From Eledone cirrhosa (Eukaryota), in contig OZ024743.1 of assembly GCA_964016885.1 (NCBI GenBank), forward strand, positions 254,882,001 through 254,946,000: 64,000 nucleotides of DNA, read 5' to 3'. The notes beneath the pieces were generated by a model. It worked only from the letters and a program-made list of their open reading frames with translations, did not search any database and was not told the origin of the DNA. Shown one piece after another: positions 1 to 18,037 of the stretch. Position numbers and translations under genes: made by a program. Numbering within the stretch: position 1 is the stretch's first letter; the number at the start of each line of letters is the position of its first letter.

Positions 1-464
1 TAACAAAATACACCCCCGTCCCACCACCCCCACCCCATCCACACCGCCCCTTTCAATGTAAAGTTATGTTGGTGCCACAAAATCCAGGACGAAACAAATG
101 AGATCGTGTAGGTGTCACGAAAAAAAAAAACACAGTCCACGCTGTAATGTGACCGTGTAGGCAACACGGTAAAAACGTCCCAGTCCCACACTGTAAATGT
201 GGTTGGTGTTAGGAAGGGCATCCAGCTGTAGAAAACCTGCCAGACAGTCCACGCTGTAATGTGGCCGTGTAGGCAACACGGTAAAATCCTCCCAGTCCCA
301 CACTGTAAATGAGGTTGGTGTTAGGAAGGGCATCCAACTGTAGAAAACCCGCCAGACAGTCCTATGCGAGCAAGACAACCACTCTTGCCTCAAGTGGGAA
401 AACTCCCGTCCAAACCCATGCAAGTATGGAACACGGACGTTAAACGATGATGATGATGATGATG

Positions 465-465
<1 letters not shown>
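1..465 (+). mobile_element. 3' UTR/tail of an RTE-clade LINE ending in (GAT)n
   Basis: Nearly colinear with the reverse complement of 45030-45385, which is the 3' UTR of an RTE RT fragment. Contains the GGTTGGTGTTAGGAAGGGCATCCAGCTGTAGAAA motif and a (GAT)n tail. Confidence 0.85.
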
Positions 466-1212
<747 letters not shown>

Positions 1213-1357
1213 GATGTGAAATACTAGAGTGTGTTGGAGTTAAACACCCTCTTCGTATTATAGAAATGACAGTAAAGGTATAGTTCAATGTAATTAAACA
1301 GAGCCGAAGAATTATGAAAATAAATCAAAGAAGCCTTCAATACATAAAAAATCTTTA

Positions 1358-1400
1358 TTAGCCAACAATGTTTCGTCCTGTTAAGGACTCATCAGGGCAA
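1358..1400 (-). ncRNA. Minimal type-I hammerhead ribozyme (Penelope-type)
   Basis: Minus strand reads TTGCC-CTGATGA-GTCC TTAACA GGAC-GAAA-CATTG-TT-GGCTAA. Intact core, 4-bp stem II, short stem III, GUU cleavage triplet. Confidence 0.85.
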
Positions 1401-1708
1401 TTAAAGCTATAAGAAGCACTATCAGCCAATACAAGCCGAAAACTCAGAAGAATATGGAGTGTACATAGATTAAATCATAGGAAAATAATCGGGTAAAAAT
1501 CATAAAGTAAAAAATTATCAAGTGCTAATTGCTAAAGAAGTAAGTAACATTTTGAACCATATTACAAATATAGTCCAATGCAAAAACTAGAGCTAAAACA
1601 GAGGTGGTGATATAGAGCGGGAATTATTGTACTATACATATTATAATATAATATAATATAATATAATTATAATTAATAATGATAATAATAATAATGTTAA
1701 AAGGCCCA

Positions 1709-1740
<32 letters not shown>

Positions 1741-1940
1741 ATATGTACACGCATATATATATATATATATCAATACACATTTCCATCAATAGACGCACAA
1801 ACTAACCCTTATCAAGAGTTTAAATATAAATAAGAATAAGAATAATAAAAATAAAAATAAAAATACAAATGATATATAGCTCTGATTGTTTAATTTATTA
1901 ATTTTTCATTGAGCCAAAAAGTGACCAGTTGCAAAGCACG

Positions 1941-1952
1941 TATATGTATGTG

Positions 1953-2014
<62 letters not shown>

Positions 2015-2037
2015 TATATACATATACATATATATAT

Positions 2038-2121
<84 letters not shown>
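1941..2121. repeat. (TA)n microsatellite
   Basis: Directly visible. Confidence 0.97.
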
Positions 2122-2123
<2 letters not shown>

Positions 2124-2675
2124 TGGCTGCCAACTCGTTTTCGAGTACGGCCACTACTTTATAACCATGTAGGAGAACCCCTACCGATGCGCTGAACGAG
2201 TGTGACTTTTTAGTCCAGCCAGCAACTTGAAAACTCTGGTACAAACACTACACTTGTGACAATTATTGACACATAGTGCTGGGCCCATGGTACCATGTAA
2301 TGACAAGTGCAGAGAGATCTCCAGATACAAAGCAATGCCTGTGCCGTGAAGCTTTTATAGTGAGCAAAGGCACTGCACAAAGCCAGTCCCACTCTCTTAA
2401 CCAAGATGATATTTACCAAAAAGAAGAACAAGTCAACATCATTGGATACCATCAGGGTTGCAGGTGTTATATCAGAGTTTTCCTTCTCCTAGAATTCTGC
2501 CTTGACAAAGGCTAAGGGGTCATCTCTCCCGGTGATTTTGGATGGCCATTGACTCTTAAGAGCTCCTTTGCCCTTTGACAGGTTTTGTTTTTAGTCCTGC
2601 AGGATGTCCAAAGTCACCCTCCTCACCAAGAAACCTTAGTGGGGTTGCCAGTTTAGTCGCCAACGACCCGACCAT
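2122..2675 (-). mobile_element. Probable LINE (RTE-like) 5' UTR fragment between TA tracts
   Basis: GC-richer island. The minus strand has GAAGGAAAACTCTG and GGCGACTAAACTGGCAACCCC, which resemble RTE 5' regions. No ORF support. Confidence 0.3.
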
Positions 2676-5195
<2,520 letters not shown>

Positions 5196-5963
5196 AGGCA
5201 ATCAAAACCCGGCTGACGCTGCCCTCTTACAGCAGGATCTGGATGCCATATACAGATGGGCGGAAGAAAACAACATGCAGTTTAATGCTGGCAAATTCCA
5301 AGCCCTACAATACAAACCTGCAAACACAAACACAAATATAGCGGAACACAGCTACACAGGACCAGGAGGGACCGATATCCCCGTGTCAAAATCGATACGA
5401 GACCTGGGCATAGACATGAGCGATGATGCATCTTTTTCTTCACACATCATGAAGGTGGCGACAGCATGTAGACGATTCGCTGGCTGGATCTTGAGGACTT
5501 TCCTTACAAGAGATCGAGACACCATGTTGACACTGTGGAGGACTTTTGTCCTAAGCCGCCTGGACTACTGCTCCCAGCTGTGGTCACCCCATAGTGTCAA
5601 ACTAACCTCAGAGCTTGAGGCAATCCAGCGAAGCTACACCAAGAGGATTGCCAAGATGAGGGAGACAAGCTACTGGGAGAGGCTGAAGGAACTGAACCTC
5701 TACTCCTTGGAGCGAAGACGGGAGAGATACGCAGTGATCTACATGTGGAAAATCCTGGAGGGACTAGCACCAAACTTTGGCATTGGGAGCTGGACCAACC
5801 GTCGAACAGGACGTCACTGTGTGGTGCCAAAGGTCCCGTCTTCCACATCTAGAATAAGGAGCAGGTCTTGCAATAGCCTGGGATTCAAGGGCCCTCAACT
5901 CTTCAACAGGCTGCCGAGGCATCTGCGAGACTTGCATGACGTGGAGGTGGATGTCTTTAAGAA
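5196..5963 (+). mobile_element. CR1-clade LINE ORF2 C-terminal fragment (end of RT/thumb), copy 1
   Basis: Translation [20 protein letters not shown]...RDLGI...[12 protein letters not shown]...[20 protein letters not shown]. Both ends abut (TA)n. Confidence 0.9.
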
Positions 5964-7891
<1,928 letters not shown>

Positions 7892-8661
7892 AGGCAATCA
7901 AAAACCCGGCTGACGCTGCCCTCTTACAGCAGGATCTGGATGCCATATACAGATGGGCGGAAGAAAACAACATGCAGTTTAATGCTGGCAAATTCCAAGC
8001 CCTACAATACAAACCTGCAAACACAAACACAAATATAGCGGAACACAGCTACACAGGACCAGGAGGGACCGATATCCCCGTGTCAAAATCGATACGAGAC
8101 CTGGGCATAGACATGAGCGATGATGCATCTTTTTCTTCACACATCATGAAGGTGGCGACAGCATGTAGACGATTCGCTGGCTGGATCTTGAGGACTTTCC
8201 TTACAAGAGATCGAGACACCATGTTGACACTGTGGAGGACTTTTGTCCTAAGCCGCCTGGACTACTGCTCCCAGCTGTGGTCACCCCATAGTGTCAAACT
8301 AACCTCAGAGCTTGAGGCAATCCAGCGAAGCTACACCAAGAGGATTGCCAAGATGAGGGAGACAAGCTACTGGGAGAGGCTGAAGGAACTGAACCTCTAC
8401 TCCTTGGAGCGAAGACGGGAGAGATACGCAGTGATCTACATGTGGAAAATCCTGGAGGGACTAGCACCAAACTTTGGCATTGGGAGCTGGACCAACCGTC
8501 GAACAGGACGTCACTGTGTGGTGCCAAAGGTCCCATCTTCCACATCTAGAATAAGGAGCAGGTCTTGCAATAGCCTGGGATTCAAGGGCCCTCAACTCTT
8601 CAACAGGCTGCCGAGGCATCTGCGAGACTTGCATGACGTGGAGGTGGATGTTTTTAAGAAA
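7892..8661 (+). mobile_element. CR1-clade LINE ORF2 C-terminal fragment, copy 2
   Basis: Same as 5196-5963 apart from about 3 differences seen by eye. Confidence 0.9.
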
Positions 8662-8663
8662 CA

Positions 8664-8694
<31 letters not shown>

Positions 8695-8706
8695 GTGTAC
8701 TATATA

Positions 8707-8906
8707 NNNNNNNNNNNNNNNNNNNNNNNNNNNNNNNNNNNNNNNNNNNNNNNNNNNNNNNNNNNNNNNNNNNNNNNNNNNNNNNNNNNNNNNNNNNNNN
8801 NNNNNNNNNNNNNNNNNNNNNNNNNNNNNNNNNNNNNNNNNNNNNNNNNNNNNNNNNNNNNNNNNNNNNNNNNNNNNNNNNNNNNNNNNNNNNNNNNNNN
8901 NNNNNN
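8707..8906. other. Assembly gap (200 N)
   Basis: Run of N. Confidence 1.
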
Positions 8907-10038
8907 GGTGTTGACACGCCTTCAAGACACAAGCAGGGAACCTATCGGGACCTACTGCTGAATTATGCTTGATTTCCTTTATTGCCGCCAAGATATCAGG
9001 GGCGCCAAACGTTAAGTCCGATAAGGTGTAATGGGGAGTAACATCGCCGATACAGCCCAGATCGGCCATATCAGGATTGCTGAAAACAGAGCAGTATTGT
9101 TTCTGCAGTATCTCACCCATGGTTTTAGCATTGTCTTGAAGAGTGCCATTTTCATCAATTAGAGGGCCAACAGTAGAGCCAGTGAATTTGTGTTTTTTTG
9201 CAAATGAAAAGAACACTTTGGGATTGAGTTTGATCTTCTCAATGGCCCAGGCCTCTTCAGCTCTTCTCTGATTGTTGATGAGGGACATTATGTTGTTTTG
9301 GAGGTTATGTTTTTTAATCTCTAGTGATGAAATGGCAGTCAAGTTGATGTGTTGCTGCTGACAGTATTTCAGCTTGTTGATTTTTTTGTTCGTTCTCTTA
9401 ATTTTTCTGATGAGCGTTTTTCTATTTCTAGGGATTCTGCTCTTAGATTTGTTTATAGTTCTTAATGGGGTGTGTTTAGCACATATGTTTGTAACAGTGT
9501 CCACAAATGTCTGCCAGGACTTTTTGATGTTAGTGGGTGTATGAGTGTGCGTGAAGGACCAGTCGACATGTGCAAGATCATGACTGATCGCTTCCCAGTT
9601 TGCATTGTGGAAATCCATAGCGTCAAACGGATGGACAGGAGAGATGACATTGGATTTGTATATTGGACGGTGGAATCTCAGATCACAGAGAACCATGTCA
9701 TGATCAGAGAGTAGAGTTTTCTCCACTGCAATATTGTGGATATTCTGAGTGTGATTGCTGAAAATTAAGTCTAGGACGTTTTTGTGGCACCTCGTTGGTT
9801 CGAGCACCAGTTGGGATAGGAAGAAATCATCCATGAAATCAAGAAGCGATTCCACAGCTTCCCTGTCAGAGGTTGAGGCAGAAGAACCTGGTGGCAGGCT
9901 GTTTGTGGACCAGTCAACTCCGGGGAGGTTGAAGTCCCCCATCATTAAGATGTTGTCAGGGTGACACTCTTGGATGAAACACTTTATGCTGTTGAGGCAT
10001 TCCTTGAAGCATGGTACAGGCGTTTGGGGTGGCCTATT
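8907..10038 (-). mobile_element. CR1-clade LINE ORF2 N-terminal part (APE endonuclease C-half plus linker to RT)
   Basis: RPP...MMGDFNLPGVDW...EPTR...VLDLIFSN...LSDHDMV...AVGPDRFPACVLK. Runs into the gap. Confidence 0.9.
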
Positions 10039-11205
10039 GTCTCCTATTGTTGGTCGTCTATGTATACGAGTCTGTGAATGTATACGTATGCCTGTGGGAG
10101 GATATTGATCTTGATATTGGGGTGTGCAGGGGAGTGTATGTTAATAAGCACCCCTGTTTGGCACAGTGGATGTAACCCATCCACGCTGGCCTACCCACCA
10201 TTAGTGCATTGGTGGACCTATCCTGACGTATATCTTGTTGATCTGTACCTCTGTATGCGCATGAGTTGTGATGTAATGTAAAGCGTGTACTGCGATTTAG
10301 GCTGCACTAGTAGAAATTTAGCCTGTAACTGTAGGCGGACCCGTGCCATCCCGCCGTAAGCAGTGGATACGTGGCGCATATATGTGTTGCCCTCATATTC
10401 TGTGGTTCAAGATCTACAGGCTGACCTCTGGGAGCTCTTACCTGGGGTTGTAGTCTTTCTAGCACGATCGGCCTTCCATATATTGACGGTCGTTTTTATG
10501 ATCCCGAAAGTAACGTTTTGGCCCCAATAGCCCTCCGTAGTTACTAACGGTCTGTGTACACTCGAATCGGTCAATGGCACGTGCAGACATGAATATCTCC
10601 GTAGGATTTCAACTTTATTTTACTACATCTCATCGTATGTATTTGTTTTGAATATATTACCTGTGGTGGTGGGTCTGGTCTAATGTGGTATTTCGGTGTT
10701 TAATATCGGCTTTGACCCGGGTGTCCTACGCTGTGTGCGTGTGTGTCCGTGTATACATTTATATGTGTATGGGTGTAGGTGGTTATATGTGTCTGTATAT
10801 ATATAAAAAAAAAATATATATATATATGTATACCGTCTCTGCATATGCATGTGGTGTGTATACGTGCATATACGTGCTGAACATATTGATGTGTACAATC
10901 TTGTGATGTCCCAATGCTGTGACTTAATGGCTCTTGAAGCTATTTTTTATATATCTTCTGTCTTTTTATATACATTTTGTATGCGCTACAACTGTGTCTG
11001 CTTGCTTTAACCCGCCTCACCTCGCTTGCTAATGCACGTGAATTCTTCTACCTCCTTCGATGCACCTCTCTCTGACCATTGGACTCCTGCCCGTGTGTGA
11101 ACCGGTTTGTGACTACCCCACCGCTCAACTGTGTGAATGCACACCCATGACTTTCGAGTGAACTTTCGAGACTGCCCAACCTGGGACGCCTCCATTGCCT
11201 TGCAA

Positions 11206-11365
11206 TGGTCAAGTGATACTGGTGACTGTGACACTTAGTGCCTTCGTGGGCCCCTGATGTTTTCATGAAATATATTTTAAAAAATTGGTCAAGTGATACA
11301 CATAACTGTGACACTTAGTGCCTTCGTGGGCCCCTGATATATTCAAGAGATATATTCTAAAAAAA
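11206..11365. repeat. 80-bp tandem duplication (2 copies)
   Basis: TGGTCAAGTGATAC...CTGTGACACTTAGTGCCTTCGTGGGCCCCTGAT at 11206 and 11286. Confidence 0.9.
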
Positions 11366-12091
11366 TATATATCTTATCTCAATTTACTTTATTTCATTTT
11401 ATTTTATTTCATTTCATGTTATCTAATTTTATTTATTTACTTATTTGACTCCATTTATTTATTTATTTATTTATTTAAATTTAAATTTTAATTTTAAAAT
11501 TTAAATTTTAATTTTATTTATTTATTTAATTTTTATTTATTTATTTATTTATTTATTTAATTACATTTAATTACATTTAATTATACATTTAATTATATCT
11601 TATATTATATTATTTTAATTTAGTCTATGTTATTTGATTTTAGTTTACCTTATTTTATCTTATTTTACGATTATATTATATTATGTTCTATGTATATAAT
11701 TTTTAATTTTAATTTTATATTATTTTATCTCATTCCTTACCCTATATTTTATATGTAAGTTTGTTATGTATTTCTTTGTATTTCTTTATATTTTCTTATT
11801 TATATATATTATAAGTCTGTTTTTCACCTATTTTTTACCTATTTTTTACCTACTCTTACCTAATCCCATTATCTTATCTACTCTTGTCTGTTCTCTTATC
11901 CATGTGTATACTTGTATGTAACTATATGTTGACAGAACCCCGCCCAACTGTGACTGATAGCACCCCTTATTTTTATTTTTATTTTTATTTTTACTTTTAT
12001 TTTTATTCTTATCCTTTATCGTCTATTATTACCTTTCATTCTTCAATGTCTTGGATTTGTTATTGCTTGTATGGTATGTAATTAACCTTTA

Positions 12092-12137
12092 TGCTCTGAT
12101 GAGTCCCACTTATAGTGCGGATGAAACAATGTTAGCA
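12092..12137 (+). ncRNA. Minimal type-I hammerhead ribozyme
   Basis: TGCT-CTGATGA-GTCC CACT TAT AGTG C GGAT-GAAA-CAATG-TT-AGCA. Intact core and stems. Confidence 0.88.
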
Positions 12138-12179
12138 AGTAAAGATATGCATATGCTATAAGCGTTCTTTGTTATTTAT

Positions 12180-12211
<32 letters not shown>

Positions 12212-12242
12212 CATATATACATATACCTATATATATATATAT

Positions 12243-13019
12243 ATATAGATAATTTAATATATCAACTAACATAAGCGCACAGATGCACGCCCATGCTAGC
12301 AAATACACAGGTTATGTCATAGTACCTAGGTGGTTCAATGCAGGAGAATGCAGAACAATAATATAAAGGACGTAAAATAAGAAAATATCTTTTTAAAAAA
12401 AATATATATATATAAAAAATATTTTTTTTTTTTAATTTTTAAAAGATTTTTTTACTTACTTAAATTTTCACTCCAACTAATTAGTTTCTGCAATGGGATA
12501 AAGACAGTTACGTAATCCAACTGTCGAGAATTCATTGCGTCATCCGGGAGTATATTCTCAGTTAAGTCTCCAGGCAATGCGCGGACACTGGCGGCTCATA
12601 TAAAAATAATAATAATTCGGTAGATCGAACAGCTTGCGAGGACTGGATTCTATGTACCGAAATTCTCACTGCTTCAAGTCAAATGGCCGATTCTAAAGAA
12701 TCAATCACGTGACACAGGCTAGTTAGAAGGAATGGGATGGTAAGATGACTGACGCCTACTAACACCCCCCCAAAAATTCCTTTAGAAGTGGTTTTGGCAA
12801 GTTTGCTCGACAAATCAGTGATTTGGAGATAAATATAGATAATTTAATATATCAACTAACATAAGCGCACAGATACACGCCCATGCTAGCAAATACACAG
12901 GTTATGTCATAGTACCTAGGTGGTTCAATGCAGGAGAATGCAGAACAATAATATAAAGGACGTAAAATAAGAAAATATCTTTTTAAAAAAAATTTTTTTA
13001 AATTTTTTTACTTACTTAA
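12243..13019 (-). mobile_element. Non-coding, terminally redundant hammerhead-containing element (retrozyme/PLE pseudo-LTR-like)
   Basis: Direct repeats 12243-12463 and 12833-13019 (offset about 590) with a hammerhead at 12470-12551. Flanked on both sides by (TA)n. No ORF. Confidence 0.7.
12470..12551 (-). ncRNA. Type-I hammerhead ribozyme with extended stem II and a CGGAUGA core variant
   Basis: ACTCC-CGGATGA-cGCAATG...GACAGTT ggattacgt AACTGTC...CATTGCa-GAAA-CTAATTAG-TT-GGAGT. Perfect 5-bp stem I and palindromic stem III. Confidence 0.8.
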
Positions 13020-13344
<325 letters not shown>

Positions 13345-14450
13345 AATATATGTAACAAGAGTGCTTCGATAATTCATGAGATATATATCCAATACCTACA
13401 AGGAAAATAGATATTAAATAGGGATGATGATATATGTAATACACACACACATATACCCTATTTATTGGCATATAACATACATTACCATATAATAACACCC
13501 CCCCCCTAATTTTGAGAGATAAATTTAAATAAATATAAATTTATATATAAATAAAAGTCTCATGAACCCAGAAATGATATAGATAGCTTTATACACATAT
13601 TTACAGCATTAAAATAAATAAGAAAAATATCACGGTTTCTTTAATGAATTATAATATTGTTTTATTATAGCTTTTACTGTTATAAAAATAACAAAATAAT
13701 TTTTCTCCTTTACAAAAAGGAAGTGTGTCACATAACATACATGTACCTGGTAGAATATACCATATTTCTGTGCAAATAAATATGGTATATACTACATACA
13801 GTTTGCTCCATCGTACATTTCCTTCATTTGATGGTGACTGAAGATCTCAATGATTTCAGCACTTTCCAATTATATCACGTCCTCTATTCTTGATTCTTTT
13901 GAAAATGTATTGAAACACATAAGCAGTAAAATTCTATTGTAAATCATGGTAACGAATTGGTTAATTTTCATCAAGATGAGTGTGGAAGATAGACAATGTT
14001 GAGCCTAAATGTTTGAAAAAATAATTTAATTTAATTTAAACAAATGCAAATATATTATATTTTCTTTCACCAACACTTCAACATCTCATAGCCTGTTTTC
14101 AATGTACTTACTGACAGCTACTTCACTTATCACATCCATTTCATTCAACTGGTTTTTGGTTTATAATTATCATTAACCAATGAATTAAATAGATCTTTGA
14201 TTAGTTTTTTTTTCTTTTTAATCCTATGACAGCTGAGCATTTAATATCTTGTGGCTGTGACACAAAATGTTTTTTTACTGTAAATAACTGGTTTAGTCTG
14301 TGTGCATTCAGTCTTGAATGTAGCCCTGCAAGTAATAATAATTCATGAAAAAGCATCTTGCTGTAAATCACTGCTTCAAAAGATACCCCATGATGAGAAT
14401 GAAGTTTTTATGGTAACTGCAAGTTTAACCCCTGCTTTACAAAGACAAAT

Positions 14451-14770
14451 GGCCTTAAAAATGTTCATCCTCTTAAAACGCAGCAGCCCTGGAGAACAGA
14501 TTCAACTTTGCCTTCTCCCACTTTTGAGTTCACCCACAACACGTGGCGTGAACATACCAAGAGCAACTCTCTTACTAACAGACTCACGAACCAACAACGA
14601 ATAACATTGTCAACCTCCGCAACTCGTAGTAACTTGTTTTAATGTACTTTTTTTATTGAAGTGAAGTAAACCTATATATATATATGGAGAAATATTTACT
14701 TATTCTTGTTCTTACATCTAACAACTGTTATAATCCTTCTAACTATTTCTTTAAAATACCCTTTGTTAAA
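14451..14770 (+). repeat. 5' LTR (5'-truncated)
   Basis: Aligns by eye to 17717-18037. Confidence 0.85.
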
Positions 14771-14788
14771 TTGGTGATCCAGCCATGG
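14771..14788 (+). promoter_or_regulatory. Degenerate primer-binding site, probably tRNA-Trp
   Basis: TGGTGATCCAGCCATGG immediately after the LTR resembles the complement of the tRNA-Trp 3' end (TGGTGACCCCGACGTGA), 12/17 identical. Confidence 0.5.
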
Positions 14789-15244
14789 GAACTAAATGTT
14801 CCTTTTAAAAAAAAATAGAAGTGGTATTTAAAAAAAAAGAAAACAACACGCATTTTTCTGATCATGGAATCATTTAACAACAACAACAACAGACAATACT
14901 ACTACCTTCCTAGCAAGAAAACGATCACATAAGGAAGAGAACACTGAACCTTTTGTAAAGAACAATTATGTAAATATTTATGTTTCTTTCCTTTGCGGAA
15001 ATTTTTGAAGATGTCAAGATGGCGGCTTTCTTCTTCAACAGTTTTCTTTTTGGTGCGAAACCGTGCACCATGTTGGTTTTTGCTTTAAGTTCTCTGTGGA
15101 TGTATTGATAATGCCATTGTTTGCTTAGTCGCTCACTTACACAATATTTCAGATACATTCTTTTCTCTATCCAGTTGTTTGAAGAAAAGACAGAAAAAAA
15201 TCAAGAGGATTTATTTTCTTTTTCCCTTGTGTTCGAGGTATTTG

Positions 15245-17480
15245 TCAGGGAGGAAGACATTCCGAAAACAGCTATTACGACTCCTTTCGGATCCTTTGAG
15301 TTTTTGACCATGCCTTTTGGACTCAAGAATGCCGCTAACCCTTTTCAGCAGTTCATAGACAAGATCACTCGTTGTCTGGACTTCGTTTATGCATATATAG
15401 ATGATCTTCTCGTCGCTAGTTCCTCTCCAGAAGAGCATATGCGTCACCTGAACCTTTTATTTTGCCGACTCCAGTATTACCGCATTCGAGTGAATCCCGC
15501 AAATTGTGTTTTCGGATCCGCTTCACTGAATTTTTTAGGTAACATCATCGACGCCGAGGGTATTCGACCCCTTCCACAGTGAATTAAGGCTATACAGGAT
15601 TTACCTCCGCCTACCTCACTTCGCAAGTTGCGTCACTTCCTAAGCCTAATCAATTTTTATAGATGTTTTGTTCCTCAATGTGCAAAATTATTGTTTTCCC
15701 TTACAGAGATTTTGAAAGATCGTCGTAAGAAGAATGAGGATATTTCCTTGACACAAGCACAACTCGAAGATTTCCAGACTGCCAAGAAAACACTTGCTAA
15801 TTCATATTTGCTAGCCCACCAGAGACCAAGCTTTCGCTTTGTGTCGATGCATCTGATACCGTTGTGTGAGCAGTTTTACAACAGCATAATGCTGAAACCA
15901 ACAACCTTTGGCGTTTTTCTCCAGGAAGCTGAAACCGACAGAAACTCGTTACAGCATGTTTGGTCGGGAGTTATTAGCCATATATCTGTCAGTGAAACAT
16001 TTTTCTCATATTCTTCAGGGAAGAAATTTTACGGTTTTCACTGACCATAAACCTCTGACCTTCGCTTTGAGGACTAAAGCCGACAAATATTCGCCCAGAG
16101 AGACAAGGCACCTCGATTACATTTCGCAGTTTACCAATGATATCCAGCACATTGCTGGCTTACTAAATACAGCTGCAGACGCCTTGTCACGCTTGCCAAT
16201 CAGCTCGATTTCGTCATCCCAGAAGATAGATTTAAGTCGTTTGGCAGCAGAGCAACCTGCACTCGAATCGTTGGATACTTCATCAGCCGAATTTGCGACT
16301 TCCAACCTGAAATATCTGCCCTTGTCGACTACCGACAGGCAGATTCACCACAACATTATGTTCCCGAGACACACCGTCGAATTGTGTTCCTTGCTTTGCA
16401 CAGCATTTCTCACCCAAGATCTTCAGCCACAGTAAAGCTCATAATGGCTAGATTTTTCTGGCCAAATATGAGGCGAGAAATTATTGCTTGGTGCCGTTCC
16501 TGCATACAGTGTCAAAAGTCTAAAGTCCACAGACACATCCGGACTCCACTTGGTACTTTCAGTACTCCGGATGCTCGTTTTCAACACATCCACATCGATA
16601 TCCTTGGACATTGGCCAGTCAGTAGTGGATATTCTTACCTTTTGATCTGCATTGATCGTTTTTCGCGATGGCCTGAAGCCATCCCCTTAAAGGACATTAC
16701 CGCCGAGACGATAGCGCGTGCCCTGGTATCAGAGTGGATTGCCCGCTATGGTGTGCCAACCACAATTACTACAGACCGAGGTAGGCAAAGAATCACATCT
16801 TTTCTCAGAGTTGACAAAAATAATTGGCACTCAATGCATTCGGACCACATTTTTCCATCCTGCTTCAAACGGAATGGAGGAGCACTTTCACCGCCAATTT
16901 AAGGCCACTCTTCGTGCATATCCAGACTCTCTACGTTGGAGCGAGTATCTTCCTATTGTGTTGTTAGGAATTCGGTCTTATATAAAGGAGGACCTTGTTT
17001 TCTCCCCGGCTGAATTATTGTATGGTGCTCCTCTAGCGTTGCCTGGGCAAATGCTTGCCCCTGTTGATCTTGCTACTCAAGATCCCCTTTCCTACGTATC
17101 GCGTTTGCGCTCATATTTTCAGGACTTACCGCGTATGGATACCAGGAAACAAACTATTAAAATTACAGTCACGAGGGATATTGCCTCGTGGACACATGTC
17201 TTTGTCAGAAACGACGCTGTTAGTCCACCTCTCACACAACCGTACTCTGGACCCTACCGTGTGTTATCACGTACTGACAAACATTTGACAGTAGACATTA
17301 AGGGATCCAGAGAGACAACTTCGGTTGATAGACTAAAAAGGGCATACACAGATGCACAAACACCTGAGCCACAAATACCCCAATCTTTCTCTATTGTATA
17401 TACACCTGCTCCTTCTGCCCCACCTTCACCTATATACAAGACGACGACCCATTCCGGTCGAAGAGTCCACTGGCCAAAAA
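15245..17480 (+). pseudogene. pol: Gypsy pol (RT, RNase H, integrase) with stops and frameshifts
   Basis: KTAITTPFG...MPFGLKNA...YAYIDDLLV; AFFSRKL...RELLAIY...TDHKPL; H..HP...RFFWP...C..CQ; HIDILG...[10 protein letters not shown]...TTDRG; GPYRV. Confidence 0.92.
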
Positions 17481-17611
17481 AACTCTGTCAAAGTTTTCAT
17501 CTGAACTGGCCACTATGGAGCCTTTTCTTTTTTTCTTTTTCCTTGTATTGTGTATGCATGTACCTTTTTTTTGTTTCATACCTTTGCTTTGATCCCATTC
17601 TTGCGGGTTCG

Positions 17612-18037
17612 TTACAATTACCTTCGGGTTGTTCGCCTATTGTCTGGAGTAGTGACCCCTAGTGGCGAGAACCAGAAGTAATGAGATTTACGTCGCTTGG
17701 GGACTATACATTGAGAGGCCGAGAGTGTTCGTTCTCTTAGCACGCAGCAGCCCTGGAGAACAGATGCAACTTTGCCTTCTCCCACTTTTGAGTTCACCCA
17801 TGACACATGGCTTGAACATACCAAGAGCAACTCTCTCACTAACAGCCTTATGAACCAACAACGAATAACATTATCAACCTCCCCAACCTGTGGTAACTTG
17901 TTTTATTGTACTTTTTTTATTGAAGTGAAGTAAATCTCTCTATATATATATGGAGAAATATTTACTTATTCTTGTTCTTACATCTAACAACTGTTATAAT
18001 CCTTCTAACTATTTCTTTAAAACACCCTTTGTTAAAT
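17612..18037 (+). repeat. 3' LTR
   Basis: The last ~300 bp match the 5' LTR. The start position is approximate. Confidence 0.8.

Larger units (their letters stand above)
10321..12180 (+). mobile_element. Highly decayed Penelope-like element 3' part (GIY-YIG relic, T-rich UTR, hammerhead)
   Basis: Relic motifs CNCR (10324) and in-frame LCTLE...GTCRH (10552-10590) mirror the PLE endonuclease at 62611-63030. They are followed by an AT-rich UTR and the hammerhead at 12092. Confidence 0.5.
14451..18037 (+). mobile_element. Decayed Ty3/Gypsy LTR retrotransposon (gag/protease missing)
   Basis: Direct repeats ~14471-14770 and ~17734-18037, a PBS-like TGGTGATCC after the 5' LTR, and RT-RNaseH-integrase domain order. 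Confidence 0.9.

Noticed and set aside
8461-9945. ORFs spanning the N gap
   Set aside because: Artificial fusions through unknown bases.
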